From Microcystaceae cyanobacterium (GTDB taxonomy: Bacteria > Cyanobacteriota > Cyanobacteriia > Cyanobacteriales > Microcystaceae): a stretch of DNA of 44,459 nucleotides. Below, one piece after another: positions 10,153-21,223 of the stretch (positions are counted from its first letter, which is position 1; the number at the start of each line of letters is the position of its first letter). Below the pieces are notes generated by a model that was not told where the DNA came from, did no database searches, and saw only the letters and a list, made by a program, of their open reading frames with translations. Where the stretch lies: assembly GCA_041746575.1 (NCBI GenBank), contig JBGTGT010000128.1, positions 1-44,459 on the forward strand. Direction: 5' to 3'. Position numbers and translations under genes: made by a program.

Positions 10153-10794
10153 TTGGGTGTCGAATTACGCAGTTATGTTTATCTAGATCGGTTACAATCT
10201 CAACACGCCGCTTATATTGGTACAGTTGCCCTCGGATTTCTACCTGTACCGGGAGATGCCTCCCTCTGGGTTGAGATTTCGCCTGGAATTGAAATTAATC
10301 GCATTACCGATATCGCTCTTAAATCGGCTGTGGTTCGTCCGGGGGTTCTCTTTGTGGAACGGTTATATGGTTTGTTGGAAATTCATTCTAATAATCAAGG
10401 GGAGGTTCGCGCCGCAGGGAAAGCGATTCTAGAGGCGTTAAGAGCAAGAACACAAGACGTGATGAAGCCGCAAGTTGTATCGAGTCAAATTATTCGCAAT
10501 ATTGATGCGTATCAAGCCCAATTAATTAATCGTAACCGACGGGGACAAATGTTGTTAGCAGGACAAACGCTATATGTCTTGGAGGTTCAACCGGCGGCTT
10601 ATGCGGCGTTAGCGGCCAATGAAGCGGAAAAGGCGGCGTTAATTAATATTTTGCAAGTATCGGCGATCGGCAGTTTTGGTCGGTTATATTTAGGGGGAGA
10701 AGAAAGAGATATTATGGCTGGTTCTCAGGCGGCTTTAGCTTCTATCGAAAATATCCCCGGACGACTGCCGATTGACTTTCAGAAAAATGAGTAA
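10153..10794 (+). CDS. ccmP: Carboxysome shell BMC-T protein CcmP
   Basis: [40 protein letters not shown]. Probable TTG start at 10153 after GAGGG (ORF track starts at 10120). Confidence 0.9.
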   Translation: MGVELRSYVYLDRLQSQHAAYIGTVALGFLPVPGDASLWVEISPGIEINRITDIALKSAVVRPGVLFVERLYGLLEIHSNNQGEVRAAGKAILEALRARTQDVMKPQVVSSQIIRNIDAYQAQLINRNRRGQMLLAGQTLYVLEVQPAAYAALAANEAEKAALINILQVSAIGSFGRLYLGGEERDIMAGSQAALASIENIPGRLPIDFQKNE

Positions 10795-10974
10795 GTTGTT
10801 GATAAACATCAATAACGTTAATGGCGCGGTTAATTATTAGGAGGAATTGAGAAAATTTACGCTTTCTCATGAGAGATAACAGAATTTATGTCCAACGACC
10901 GCTCAGCGATGTACCGTGTCGCAAAAAATAAGATACAGTGATAGAAGACCCCTAAAATTACCCCAGATTGTGGC

Positions 10975-11895
10975 TTGACTAACTCAATTGAACCTTCACT
11001 GTCTAATAGCTGGTGGGAAATCCAAGTCCTCTGCCATCCTAGCCTAGAGGAGTCCGTTTTTTGGCGTTTAAATGAGTTCGGTTGTTCGGGGACAGCCACA
11101 GAACTGAAAAAAGATACCTGCTTTATTCGTGCTTATATTCCTCAAGTTAAAGTGCAATTGCTGGATCTGGCGGCTCTTTCTTTGTGGTTACGTCAAGATG
11201 CGTTGTTAGCGGGTTGTCCAGACCCCCTTGTTCGTTGGCAATTGTTAGAAGAAGAAGACTGGGGAAGTAACTGGAAACAACATTGGCAACCGACGGAAGT
11301 GGGCGATCGCATCCTGATTTATCCGGCGTGGTTAACGCCTCCAGAAGAGTCAGAACGCTTGATTTTGCGCCTCGATCCGGGTATTGCTTTCGGGACAGGG
11401 ACTCATCCGACGACCCAACTTTGTCTAGAATCGTTGGAAATGCGTTTATCTGTGCCGCAAGAGGATGTTGTAATTGCTGATATTGGGTGCGGTTCAGGGA
11501 TCTTAGGGATTGGTGGGTTGTTATTAGGGGTGAGTAAGGTTTATGCAGTGGATATCGATCCTTTAGCAATTAATTCTGCCCGCAGTAACCGTCATCTGAA
11601 TCATCTAAATCCGGCGACACTCGTGATTAATCAAGGGAGTGTGGAACAGGTATTAGAATTGACGCCCGATGGAGTGGATGGGATTGTATGTAATATTTTG
11701 GCAGAGGTGATTATTGAGATAATTCCCCAATTATCTAAGTTGGCAAAACCACGCTGTTGGGGGGTTTTAAGCGGTATTGTATTGGATCAAGCCAAACCGA
11801 TCGCTGATACTTTAGAACAATATGGGTGGGATGTGGCCGCTTTATGGCGACGACAAGAATGGTGTTGTTTCAATATTCGTCGGTCAGAAACTTGA
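10975..11895 (+). CDS. prmA: Ribosomal protein L11 methyltransferase
   Basis: EEDW...[33 protein letters not shown]. Confidence 0.95.
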   Translation: MTNSIEPSLSNSWWEIQVLCHPSLEESVFWRLNEFGCSGTATELKKDTCFIRAYIPQVKVQLLDLAALSLWLRQDALLAGCPDPLVRWQLLEEEDWGSNWKQHWQPTEVGDRILIYPAWLTPPEESERLILRLDPGIAFGTGTHPTTQLCLESLEMRLSVPQEDVVIADIGCGSGILGIGGLLLGVSKVYAVDIDPLAINSARSNRHLNHLNPATLVINQGSVEQVLELTPDGVDGIVCNILAEVIIEIIPQLSKLAKPRCWGVLSGIVLDQAKPIADTLEQYGWDVAALWRRQEWCCFNIRRSET

Positions 11896-11923
11896 ATAAT
11901 CACCCGTTTGGGAAAATGCTCAA

Positions 11924-13372
11924 TTAAGATTCCCCCTCCATGTTTAACACCCAAGTATCCTTACTACCGCCGCCTTGAGAGGAATTGACAACCAAAGAAC
12001 CTTTACGCAAAGCAACACGAGTCAATCCTCCTGGATGGACATAGATTTCTTCCCCTCGATTCAAAATATACGGCCGTAAATCCACATGACGACCTTCAAT
12101 TTGACCTTCAATCAGTGTCGGTACGCGGGATAAACTTAAGGTGGGCTGAGCAATATAATTGCGGGGATTGGCTTGGATTTTTTGGGCAAATTCATCTCTT
12201 TCCGCTTGAGTTGATTTAATGCCGACTAACATTCCATATCCCCCTGCTTCATTGGCCGCTTTGACGACTAATTGGTCTAAATGTTCGAGTACATACTGGC
12301 GGTCTTGCTCGCGCCAACATAAATAGGTTGGAACATTTGGTAATAAAGGATCTTCGCCCAAATAATAACGAATCATATCAGGAACATAGGCATAGACGAC
12401 TTTATCATCTGCAACCCCTGTCCCCGGTGCATTTGCTAAGGCAACCTTGCCATTACGATAGACTTCCATTAAACCGGGGATTCCTAAGCAGGAATCGGGA
12501 CGAAATGCGGTAGGATCAAGAAAATCATCATCAATCCGGCGATAAACCACATCAACACGCTGTAAACCTTTGGTTGTCTTCATCTGAAGGTAACCATCGA
12601 CCACTACTAAATCTCGACCTTCCACCAATTCCACCCCCATTTGTTGCGCTAAAAAAGAATGTTCAAAATAGGCGGAATTATAGACGCCGGGAGTTAAAAC
12701 GACGACATTAGGGTTCGGCAGATGAGGAGGCGCAAGATGAAGCAACGTTTCGAGTAGATGACTGGGATAGTCGTCAACGGGTTTAATCGCTAAGGTTTGG
12801 AAAATGTCAGGAAAGGTACTTTTCATGACCCGGCGATTCTCTAAAACGTAGGAAATTCCTGAAGGAACACGCAAATTGTCCTCTAAGACGTACCATTGTC
12901 CGTCTTTATCCCGAACTAAGTCTGTTCCGGTAATATGACACCAAACGCCACAAGGGGGTTTAATGCCAAAACAGGGTCGCAGGAAACCCGATGCTGATTG
13001 AATCACTTCGGCGGGAATCTTGTTATCTTTGAGGATAAGTTGTTGGTCGTAAATATCCGTCAAAAAGAGATTTAAAGCCCTAATTCTTTGTTTAAGCCCT
13101 TTTTCCAAAAAAATCCACTCTTCTGCTGCAATAATACGAGGAATAATATCAAAAGGAAAAATGCGTTCGATGCCCTGATCATCGCTGTAAACCCGAAAGG
13201 TGACCCCTAGGTTAAATAAAGCAATTTGCGCCGTTTCGAGGTGGTTTTGCAATTCTTCGGAGGGTAATTGTTGCATCCATCGAATGAGGGATTCTGCATG
13301 GGGACGAGGTTGTCCTATTGCTTGATACAGTTCATCATAGAATGCTTCGGGATCGTAATTTTCTAGGGGCAT
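11924..13372 (-). CDS. Circularly permuted type 2 ATP-grasp protein (DUF404/DUF407)
   Basis: VLEDNLRVPSGISY, NSAYFEHSFLA, GGLTRVAL...VVNSSQGGGSKDTWV. Confidence 0.92.
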   Translation of the reverse strand: MPLENYDPEAFYDELYQAIGQPRPHAESLIRWMQQLPSEELQNHLETAQIALFNLGVTFRVYSDDQGIERIFPFDIIPRIIAAEEWIFLEKGLKQRIRALNLFLTDIYDQQLILKDNKIPAEVIQSASGFLRPCFGIKPPCGVWCHITGTDLVRDKDGQWYVLEDNLRVPSGISYVLENRRVMKSTFPDIFQTLAIKPVDDYPSHLLETLLHLAPPHLPNPNVVVLTPGVYNSAYFEHSFLAQQMGVELVEGRDLVVVDGYLQMKTTKGLQRVDVVYRRIDDDFLDPTAFRPDSCLGIPGLMEVYRNGKVALANAPGTGVADDKVVYAYVPDMIRYYLGEDPLLPNVPTYLCWREQDRQYVLEHLDQLVVKAANEAGGYGMLVGIKSTQAERDEFAQKIQANPRNYIAQPTLSLSRVPTLIEGQIEGRHVDLRPYILNRGEEIYVHPGGLTRVALRKGSLVVNSSQGGGSKDTWVLNMEGES

Positions 13373-13588
13373 AGGGGCAAATTATCGACGAAAATATCTC
13401 TATAATTCATCTTAACGAGAATCAGGTTGTTCCTTTCTTAAAAAATTAGAAATATCTGATGAGAAGAGGCAAGACAACTTGATATATCAAAAAATACAAA
13501 TAGCATTATTAATTACGAAAGCGACAAGGGGAATATTCATAATAACGACCAAAACTCACTATTCACTGTTTAACAGTAGAGGTTAAAA

Positions 13589-14647
13589 ATGAATTTGTCA
13601 GAAGTTATTGATATCACTCATTCTTTTCTGAAGGAGCAAGCATTACCCCGACAGCGAGAAGCCCAAAATTTTTACGATAGAATGACCTTAATCTGTATAT
13701 TTGCGTCTTTGGTAGGATATGGCTTCGTTATTTATGTGTCTCGCTCTTTGATAAATGTTTCTGCCGTAAATCTTCTAATTGTTTTAGGGGTACCCGTTTA
13801 TTTGGGGGCTTCCTCATATTACCTGATGACATTACTACATTATTACATTCATGCTTCTCAATACTACTCAAAAAAAGCCAGTTTTGTGATGAATTATATT
13901 GTCCCTATTTTGATACCGATCAACTCATCTGGTTATCGTTGGGGTCATTTCCAGCATCATTTGAATACAAATCGTTTTCCAGAGGAGTATGATACTTTAC
14001 CCCCCTTTAAAGCTGAAAAAACTTTACTTACATTTTGGTTTAATGTTAGTATTCATTCTTTTTTACTACTTTTTATCTTTATTGTTCGTATTATAGCCAA
14101 TCCCTTCCTGATGTTTTCTGAGAAACAACAGCTTATTTACTTTAACTATATTAGTCCAATCGGTCGGATTTCGCCTAAGATATATCCCCCTCGAAAAAGC
14201 GATAAGGAATTTAAAAACAACTTGATAGGTAACGTTATTAGTCTAGTCTCTTTACTGATTTTTTGGGCATTTTCAGGTTTTTCACTTATGTTCTGGGTAA
14301 TATATCTTTTATCTCTATATATCTTTTCATTTTGGCTGGCTTTTCGCTCTCTGGTAGATCATGCTTGTGTTGACGTACAAGGAAAAGAGGAAGTGATGAA
14401 AGCGAATTTTTATTTCACCTCCAATTTTGAGAGAAGTCAGTTTTGGTATACAGGGTTTGCCACTTATCATCTAGTTCATCACATTAATCCCAGCATGCCC
14501 CATTATTTCTGTCATGAAATGAATGATCTTTTATGTCAGACGTTTCCAGATTACCAGAAACTACATCAAAAGAGAAATAATCTTCCTCTTGTTATCAGAG
14601 ATTTTTTTGCTAAAGACGTAACAGCGGCCGATTTATTAGAATGCTAA
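13589..14647 (+). CDS. Membrane fatty-acid desaturase/hydroxylase family protein
   Basis: Three His boxes (HYYIH, HFQHH, HLVHH), hydrophobic segments, GAGG RBS; AT-rich. Confidence 0.8.
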   Translation: MNLSEVIDITHSFLKEQALPRQREAQNFYDRMTLICIFASLVGYGFVIYVSRSLINVSAVNLLIVLGVPVYLGASSYYLMTLLHYYIHASQYYSKKASFVMNYIVPILIPINSSGYRWGHFQHHLNTNRFPEEYDTLPPFKAEKTLLTFWFNVSIHSFLLLFIFIVRIIANPFLMFSEKQQLIYFNYISPIGRISPKIYPPRKSDKEFKNNLIGNVISLVSLLIFWAFSGFSLMFWVIYLLSLYIFSFWLAFRSLVDHACVDVQGKEEVMKANFYFTSNFERSQFWYTGFATYHLVHHINPSMPHYFCHEMNDLLCQTFPDYQKLHQKRNNLPLVIRDFFAKDVTAADLLEC

Positions 14648-14731
14648 TATCGCCCTGAATATATTCCTCATCATTAACTAAAGGATTCCATTCTAGAGTA
14701 GGATATTACCAAAACCCTGCTATTCAAAAAC

Positions 14732-16372
14732 ATGGTTAATCCTGAGTTATTATCCCCTAACTTTCCCCAATTTAATGCTTCTGCTGTTTCTGAGCAATGT
14801 ATCTTAGCGGCAATCGATATTGGGACAAATTCCATTCACATGGTAGTTGTTCGCGTCGATAAAACGTTACCTGCCTTTACGATTATCGCGAAGGAAAAAG
14901 ATACAGTCCGTTTGGGGGAAAGAGAAACCAAAACGGGAAATTTGACAACAGAAGCAATAGAGCGATCGCTGTCTGCGCTACAAAGATGCAAAAATTTAGC
15001 AGATAGTCTCAAAGCAGAACATATTATTGCGGTTGCTACCAGTGCCACCCGAGAAGCACCCAATGGCTACGAATTTATTGAGCGTATTGCCACAGAAGTG
15101 GGAATTCAGGTTGATCTGATTTCAGGTCAAGAGGAAGCACGTCGCATTTATTTAGGGGTATTATCGGGGATGGATTTTCAGAATTACCCCCACGTTATCA
15201 TCGATATTGGCGGCGGATCAACGGAAATCATTTTAGCAGATAGTCATGAGCCTCGTTTTCTCAGTAGTACGAAAGTTGGCGCAGTCAGACTCACAAGGGA
15301 ATTGATTACCACTGATCCGATTAGTGATAAGGAATTAGAAGCATTACGGTCTTATGTGAGAGGAATGTTAGAAAGACCAACAGATGAATTGACAACGTGT
15401 CTAAAACCCCATGAATCGCTTCGTTGTGTCGGAACATCAGGAACGATTGAAACATTACTTACGCTTCACGCCATTCAACATTTGAAAGAAGTCCCGAATT
15501 CTCTTCAAGGATATCAAATGAGTCGTCAAGACCTTAAGGACATAGTCAAAACCCTTTCAAAATTATCTTATCAAGAACGCTTAGAATTACCAGAAATGTC
15601 GGATAAACGGGCGGAAATTATCGTTGCAGGGGCGATTATTCTTTTAGAAGCTATGATATTGTTAGATTTAGACCAGATTACCCTCTGTGAACGGGCATTA
15701 CGAGAGGGTGTCATTGTTGACTGGATGCTAACCCACGGACTAATAGAAAGTCGCTTAAAATATCAAGGTGAAATTCGTACCAGAAGTGTCATGAAAATTG
15801 CCCGTAAGTATCGAGTAGAGTTGCCCTTTAGTGAAAGGGTGGCCGTCTTTGCGCTTAGTATTTTCGATCAAACTCAAGGGGTTTTACATCAATGGAGTTC
15901 AGAAGAAAGAGAGTTACTATGGAGTGGCAGTATTCTACACAATTCTGGTTTATTTATTAGTCATTCTTCCCATCATAAACATTCTTATTATTTAATTCGT
16001 AATGCCGAACTTTTAGGGTTTAGTGAAACGGAGCTAGAAGTGGTTGCAAATATTGCCCGCTATCACCGTAAAAGTAAACCGAAAAAGAAGCATAATGATT
16101 ATAGTCAATTACCGGAAAAACAGCGTCAAATGGTGCGAGAATTAAGTGCAATTCTACGAATAGCGGTTGCTTTAGACCGTCGTCATATCGGCGCGATTCG
16201 TCATGTGGATTGTAAATATGATGCTGAATATCGTTGTTTGCATTTACGCATTATTCCCATTCAAAAAGATGATGATTGTGCGTTGGAATTGTGGAGTTTA
16301 GACTATAAAAAACCCATTTTTGAAGAAGCGTTTGGTATCAAATTAATGTCAACTTTAGAATTTTTTCGATAA
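14732..16372 (+). CDS. ppx: Exopolyphosphatase Ppx/GppA
   Basis: AAIDIGTNSIH, ATSATREA, DIGGGSTE, ALREG, C-terminal HD-like domain. Confidence 0.93.
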   Translation: MVNPELLSPNFPQFNASAVSEQCILAAIDIGTNSIHMVVVRVDKTLPAFTIIAKEKDTVRLGERETKTGNLTTEAIERSLSALQRCKNLADSLKAEHIIAVATSATREAPNGYEFIERIATEVGIQVDLISGQEEARRIYLGVLSGMDFQNYPHVIIDIGGGSTEIILADSHEPRFLSSTKVGAVRLTRELITTDPISDKELEALRSYVRGMLERPTDELTTCLKPHESLRCVGTSGTIETLLTLHAIQHLKEVPNSLQGYQMSRQDLKDIVKTLSKLSYQERLELPEMSDKRAEIIVAGAIILLEAMILLDLDQITLCERALREGVIVDWMLTHGLIESRLKYQGEIRTRSVMKIARKYRVELPFSERVAVFALSIFDQTQGVLHQWSSEERELLWSGSILHNSGLFISHSSHHKHSYYLIRNAELLGFSETELEVVANIARYHRKSKPKKKHNDYSQLPEKQRQMVRELSAILRIAVALDRRHIGAIRHVDCKYDAEYRCLHLRIIPIQKDDDCALELWSLDYKKPIFEEAFGIKLMSTLEFFR

Positions 16373-16390
16373 GCTATCTTAAAGTTGTGG

Positions 16391-16469
16391 TATAGCGTTT
16401 CTTTTTTGTCATAAAATACACTTTAAATTTCCGAAAACCAAAGACGCCGTACCTCATCTCTAAGATGAA
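16391..16469. repeat. Short MITE-like repeat, copy 1
   Basis: Begins TATAGCG. Reverse complement of 16429-16465 matches 23047-23083 at 32/37 positions. Confidence 0.65.
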
Positions 16470-19061
16470 TTATCTTTCTGCCTCTTCTAAAATTAATTGT
16501 TGACGATGCACATGAATCATAGAAAACGCTTGTCCTGCCGCTTGCTCTAACAAATACAACACTTGTTGAGGATGTAATAAATTGCCATCATTACGACAAT
16601 TTCCCACATAACGAATAATTGCCGTATCTTTTTGCGGGCGTGTATTTAAGGATAACTCAACAAGCTGTTCTCGTAAATTGACCATTTTTTTCTTTCCTGA
16701 TTTAGTTGTCTTTTCCCAGAGAATTTCAGTAGAGCTTAAAATATTCCCAATCCACTCTAACCACTGTTCCTCATCAATATAATCCGATACTCCAAGGGTA
16801 ATCAAATATTCTGCTTGGCTTAGAGAACGAGTAGCAGATGACGCCTTCAGAGAGATTTCTTCGACTTGATAAAGGGGAATATCATCGGGTAATTGCTCCG
16901 TTAATTTGTGTTGAAATTCTTCAAGATTAAGGCGTTCCGTTAATTCAAAATCGACAATTTCTCCACTACTGGTTGTTCCTAAGGTTAACGCATTAGCAAT
17001 AGCAATACGCGGACTCGGATGAAATCCCCCCGTAAAAGAGATGGGTAAAGCGGCACGACGGATTGCCCTATCAAATAAACGCGCTAAGTCTAAATGTCCG
17101 ACTAAGGCCATATTTCCCCTTTTTCCAAACCAAACCCTTAATCGTTGTAATCTCTCCGTATTAGGCTTGAATTGTCCTTCAAAGGTTGGAATGGCGGGAG
17201 CAGGAATCACAATATTATGACCAAAATCAAGTCCACAGATGCCACAATGAGAACACCCATCAAAAGAACAGTCAGGAACAGTAGCCGCTTCTAAAGCACG
17301 CTGTAGGTCTTCTTTTAACCACTTTTTGGCAATTCCCGTATTAATATGATCCCACGGTAAGGGGGCATCCGTGTCAACCTTCTCGGATTCACCAAAAATA
17401 TTCCATTCCCCTTGTTCAATTTGGCGATATTTCCAATTTAAACCCACTTCATCAATGGCTTTTGCCCATGCACTATAAGCAATCTCCGTATTTTCCCACC
17501 ATGCGTCCATTCCTGCTCCAAATTGCCACGCTCGCCGAATGACTTGACTCAAACGTCTATCCCCACGTCCGACAAAGTCCTCCATAGCGGAGATACGCAC
17601 GTCGGTGTAGTTAACCTTTATTCCTTTCACTGAACGAAAAGCCGCTTTTAACAATTCCTGTTTACGGGTAAACTCTGACGTCGAAACGGAGTGCCATTGA
17701 AAAGGAGTATGAGGTTTTGGCGTAAAATTGGAAATTGTTAGGTGAAATTGCAGCATTTTACGCCCTTTAATCCAACATTCTTGCCGTAACCATTGCACTG
17801 TCTCTACAATCCCTAAGACATCGGCGTCGGTTTCGCCGGGTAAACCGATCATAAAGTACAGTTTAAGCTTATCCCAGCCCTGTTCCACCGCCGTCCTAAC
17901 GCCTTTTAACAGTTCTTCATTGGTTAACCCTTTATTAATCACGTCTCGCATTCGTTGCGTTCCCGCCTCTGGGGCAAAGGTTAAATTCATCTGACGCATT
18001 CCACCGATAATATTAGCGATATTTTCGTCAAAACGGTCAACTCTTTGACTAGGTAAAGAAAGGGAAATATTGTCGTTTTTCAGTCGGTTTTTAATTTCTA
18101 AGCCAACCGCCGGCAATGCCAGATAATCAGAGCAACTTAGGGAAAGAAGAGAGAATTCATTGTAGCCTGTTTCTCGAATTCCTTTTTCAATGGCAGATAC
18201 AATTTTTTCGGGTTCAACATCCCGCGCTGGACGGGTTAACATACCCGGTTGACAAAAACGACACCCTCGCGTGCAACCACGGCGAATTTCCACCACCAAT
18301 CGATCGTGGACGGTTTCAATATACGGCACAAGACCAACACCATAATCCGGCATGGGGGGAGCGACTCGGCGTAAAATACGGGGGGGAACATCAGGACGAT
18401 TCGGCACCACTGAACCGTTTTCCGCCATATCATAGAATCGAGGAACATAAACCCCCGGCACTTGCGCTAAATCTAAGAGCAACGCTTCTCTACTGAAATG
18501 ATTGGCTTTTCCTTCTTCAATCACTAAGCCAATTTCGGGTAATAATTCTTCTCCATCTCCTAAGGCCAAAAAGTCGAAAAAATCGGCAAAAGGTTCAGGA
18601 TTTGAAGTAGCCGTTTGTCCTCCGGCAAACACCAACGGATAGTTTCCCCCTTCTCTTTCTTGCCACGTTAAGGGAATTTGAGCCAAACTAAGCATCTCAA
18701 GGATATTGGTTGTCCCTAATTCATAACTGAGATTAAAGCCTAAAATATCAAATTCTTGCAGGGATTTTTTGGATTCTAGGGCAAAGAGGGGCGTTTTAGT
18801 TTCCTTCAGTTTTTGGGCTAAGTCCGCCGCGGGAAGATAAGCGCGATCGCAGAGTTGGCGAGGTTGAGCGTTTAGGATATTGTAGAGAATAATGTGGCCG
18901 AGATTGGAGGCTCCTAGCTCATAAACTTCTGGATACGTCAGAACCCAACGAACGTGAGCAGATTGCCACGGTTTACGTATTGCTCCTTTCTCGTTGCCTA
19001 AATAGCGGGCAGGCTTCGCAATATCAGTCGTAATTAGGGTTTCGACAGGGGGGATCACCAT
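16470..19061 (-). CDS. TIGR03960-type radical SAM protein fused to a TIGR03936 (DUF2344) domain
   Basis: KPARYLG, RGCTRGCRFC, LPWDHI, C-terminal GHLDLARLFDRAIRRA..P..FTGGFHPSPR. Confidence 0.92.
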   Translation of the reverse strand: MVIPPVETLITTDIAKPARYLGNEKGAIRKPWQSAHVRWVLTYPEVYELGASNLGHIILYNILNAQPRQLCDRAYLPAADLAQKLKETKTPLFALESKKSLQEFDILGFNLSYELGTTNILEMLSLAQIPLTWQEREGGNYPLVFAGGQTATSNPEPFADFFDFLALGDGEELLPEIGLVIEEGKANHFSREALLLDLAQVPGVYVPRFYDMAENGSVVPNRPDVPPRILRRVAPPMPDYGVGLVPYIETVHDRLVVEIRRGCTRGCRFCQPGMLTRPARDVEPEKIVSAIEKGIRETGYNEFSLLSLSCSDYLALPAVGLEIKNRLKNDNISLSLPSQRVDRFDENIANIIGGMRQMNLTFAPEAGTQRMRDVINKGLTNEELLKGVRTAVEQGWDKLKLYFMIGLPGETDADVLGIVETVQWLRQECWIKGRKMLQFHLTISNFTPKPHTPFQWHSVSTSEFTRKQELLKAAFRSVKGIKVNYTDVRISAMEDFVGRGDRRLSQVIRRAWQFGAGMDAWWENTEIAYSAWAKAIDEVGLNWKYRQIEQGEWNIFGESEKVDTDAPLPWDHINTGIAKKWLKEDLQRALEAATVPDCSFDGCSHCGICGLDFGHNIVIPAPAIPTFEGQFKPNTERLQRLRVWFGKRGNMALVGHLDLARLFDRAIRRAALPISFTGGFHPSPRIAIANALTLGTTSSGEIVDFELTERLNLEEFQHKLTEQLPDDIPLYQVEEISLKASSATRSLSQAEYLITLGVSDYIDEEQWLEWIGNILSSTEILWEKTTKSGKKKMVNLREQLVELSLNTRPQKDTAIIRYVGNCRNDGNLLHPQQVLYLLEQAAGQAFSMIHVHRQQLILEEAER

Positions 19062-19160
19062 AAAAAACCTCCGGTTTTTCGCATGGGCAAACGGCCGTGC
19101 CTTCTATCATATACCGGATGGCTTTTTGTTTAACGTTGAGGTTGTTGGATTTAAGAAGAA

Positions 19161-19523
19161 TTAAGCTACAGCCAAGGGGTTAATTTCCCCAATAAAGTGG
19201 GCTTTGTTGTCGTATATTGGAATAATTTTGTCCAATTGAGTTAATTCAAAGATAATCCTAACTGAGGGGGCAAGAGAACAGATACAAAACTGTTTATTAA
19301 GACTTTGCGCTAATCTGAACGTAGTAACTAAGGCCATCAACCCCGCACTATCGAGGAATTCTACCCCTTTCATATCTACTAAATAACGATTGTAGGCAAG
19401 GGTTTTGACGGATTGTGTTAACGCCTGCTGAAATTCTGCAACATTTGCTGCTGTAATATAGCCTTCTAATTCTAGTGTTTTAAAGTGAGATTTCATGATC
19501 ATAACACCACCTATTTTTGTCAT
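19161..19523 (-). CDS. STAS-domain anti-sigma factor antagonist
   Basis: DMKGVEFLDSAGL, VRIIFELTQLD. Start uncertain. Confidence 0.9.
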   Translation of the reverse strand: MTKIGGVMIMKSHFKTLELEGYITAANVAEFQQALTQSVKTLAYNRYLVDMKGVEFLDSAGLMALVTTFRLAQSLNKQFCICSLAPSVRIIFELTQLDKIIPIYDNKAHFIGEINPLAVA

Positions 19524-19970
19524 TGGGAACAGTATTAAAGAAGAAAGTTTGTTTGAGGTTAGTCCATTACATCGCTAAATTTTAGGGATTTTCCGGTTTT
19601 TTTTTATCTTACTTAAGTAGGAATAATTGGACTAAAGCTTAAGGTTTTCTTAATTAGATAGTTGCCTTAAGAGGGTTTAGAGATTTCCCCCCATAGCGTA
19701 CAATAGTTGTCTAATTTGTGCAAGTCTTAATCGGTAATTCGGTTAAGAATGGATAACAATTATGCTATCCCTAGCGGGATTTAGAGATCCTTTAGAAATC
19801 CTAAGGTAATTATTCTTGGGGATGAACAAGGAAATTTACCGATGGCTCACAGGCATTTTGTCTTAGATGTAATTGTCTAAAGTTGAGACTCCTCTTAAAC
19901 GATCTCGATTTTTACCTAACAATCTAACCAATAACTGAGAAATGTCAAGACCCAAAGGAATGAATCGATT

Positions 19971-20171
19971 GTGAACACTTCTTCTCTCATTCGCCAATTA
20001 GTCGAAAAAGCGTTGTATATCAAGCAATTGACGCCTGAAATCGAAAGCGAAATTAATCAAGAATTGACCCGACTTGGTTATATTTCTGATGTGGATTATG
20101 AAGCGTTAGAATTACTAATGGCAGAGATGGACGCAGGACACATTAAATTGGTTGCTAGAAGGGGATTTTAA
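19971..20171 (+). CDS. Small helical hypothetical protein
   Basis: 66-aa ORF with protein-like composition and AAAGGA upstream, filling an otherwise empty gap. Confidence 0.7.
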   Translation: MNTSSLIRQLVEKALYIKQLTPEIESEINQELTRLGYISDVDYEALELLMAEMDAGHIKLVARRGF

Positions 20172-20890
20172 GGGTGATAGGTCGCACCTAGGTACAGTTC
20201 GCCGACTTGGGGGTCGTTTAAGAGTTCTTGACCGGTTCCTTCGAGGCGATCGCAACCGTTTTCTAGAACATACCCCCTATTAGCCATCATAAGGGCTTTT
20301 TTGGCGTTTTGCTCGACTAATACGATCGCTTTTCCGAGTTGGTTAATCGATTGAATCTGTTCAAAGACGCTATTGACCAAAATCGGAGATAAGGCCGCTG
20401 AGGGTTCATCTAACAATAATAAATCCGGATCTAACATCAAAGCGCGTCCCATCGCTAACATTTGTCTTTCTCCTCCCGACAATGTTCCTGCTTTTTGAGA
20501 ACGACGGTCATATAGTTTGGGAAACATGGTATAAATTTGTTGTTTTTGCGACTTTAACGAGGTATTAAGCAGAAAAGCTCCCATCTCCAAATTTTCTTCT
20601 ACACTCAACGAAGAAAAGACATTCTGAATTTGCGGGACATAACACATTCCCAATTTGACAATCTCATTCGATTTTAAACCGGCGATATTACGTCCTTTAA
20701 AGATAATTTTTCCTTTATTAGGCGTCAAAAGTCCAAAAATCGCCTTAGCAAGGGTGGATTTTCCTGCACCATTCGGGCCAATCACGGTGACTAATTCTCC
20801 CGATGCAATCCGAAAGTTTATCCCTTGCAAAATATTCAAATCTTGAACATAACCGGCATAAACATCTTCTACACTCAATAAATCGGTCAT
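20168..20890 (-). CDS. natE: Neutral/branched-chain amino acid ABC transporter ATP-binding subunit (LivF/NatE-like)
   Basis: GPNGAGKST, LSGGERQMLAMGRALM, LLLLDEPS, LVEQNA. Confidence 0.85.
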   Translation of the reverse strand: MTDLLSVEDVYAGYVQDLNILQGINFRIASGELVTVIGPNGAGKSTLAKAIFGLLTPNKGKIIFKGRNIAGLKSNEIVKLGMCYVPQIQNVFSSLSVEENLEMGAFLLNTSLKSQKQQIYTMFPKLYDRRSQKAGTLSGGERQMLAMGRALMLDPDLLLLDEPSAALSPILVNSVFEQIQSINQLGKAIVLVEQNAKKALMMANRGYVLENGCDRLEGTGQELLNDPQVGELYLGATYHP

Positions 20891-20951
20891 TTTTTAGTCG
20901 CTACCTAGCGCAAATGTCTATTATCCCTTACTTATCTTCTATTGATTAAAT

Positions 20952-21176
20952 TTAAGGGGTTTTCTGTAAATCTGGGCGTTCTTCTGCTAAAATTGCTCCT
21001 TCTACGGGACAAACCTGCAAGCAAATTCCACAATCAATACAAGTCGCAAAATCAATCCAATACCAGTCTGTTCCTTTACGATTTTTACTAGGTCCTTCAT
21101 GAATACAAGCAACAGGACAAGCATCAACACAGTCTGCAACCCCTTCACAGACGTCCGTTACAATGGTATGTGACAC
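20952..21176 (-). CDS. Bacterial-type dicluster ferredoxin (probably [3Fe-4S][4Fe-4S])
   Basis: CEGVADCVDACP (second Cys replaced) and CIDCGICLQVCP; AAGGAG RBS. Confidence 0.92.
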   Translation of the reverse strand: MSHTIVTDVCEGVADCVDACPVACIHEGPSKNRKGTDWYWIDFATCIDCGICLQVCPVEGAILAEERPDLQKTP

Positions 21177-21223
21177 GATTATCTCCTTTAAGTAATTTTT
21201 AAGATTTATTTTCCTTCTATTTT

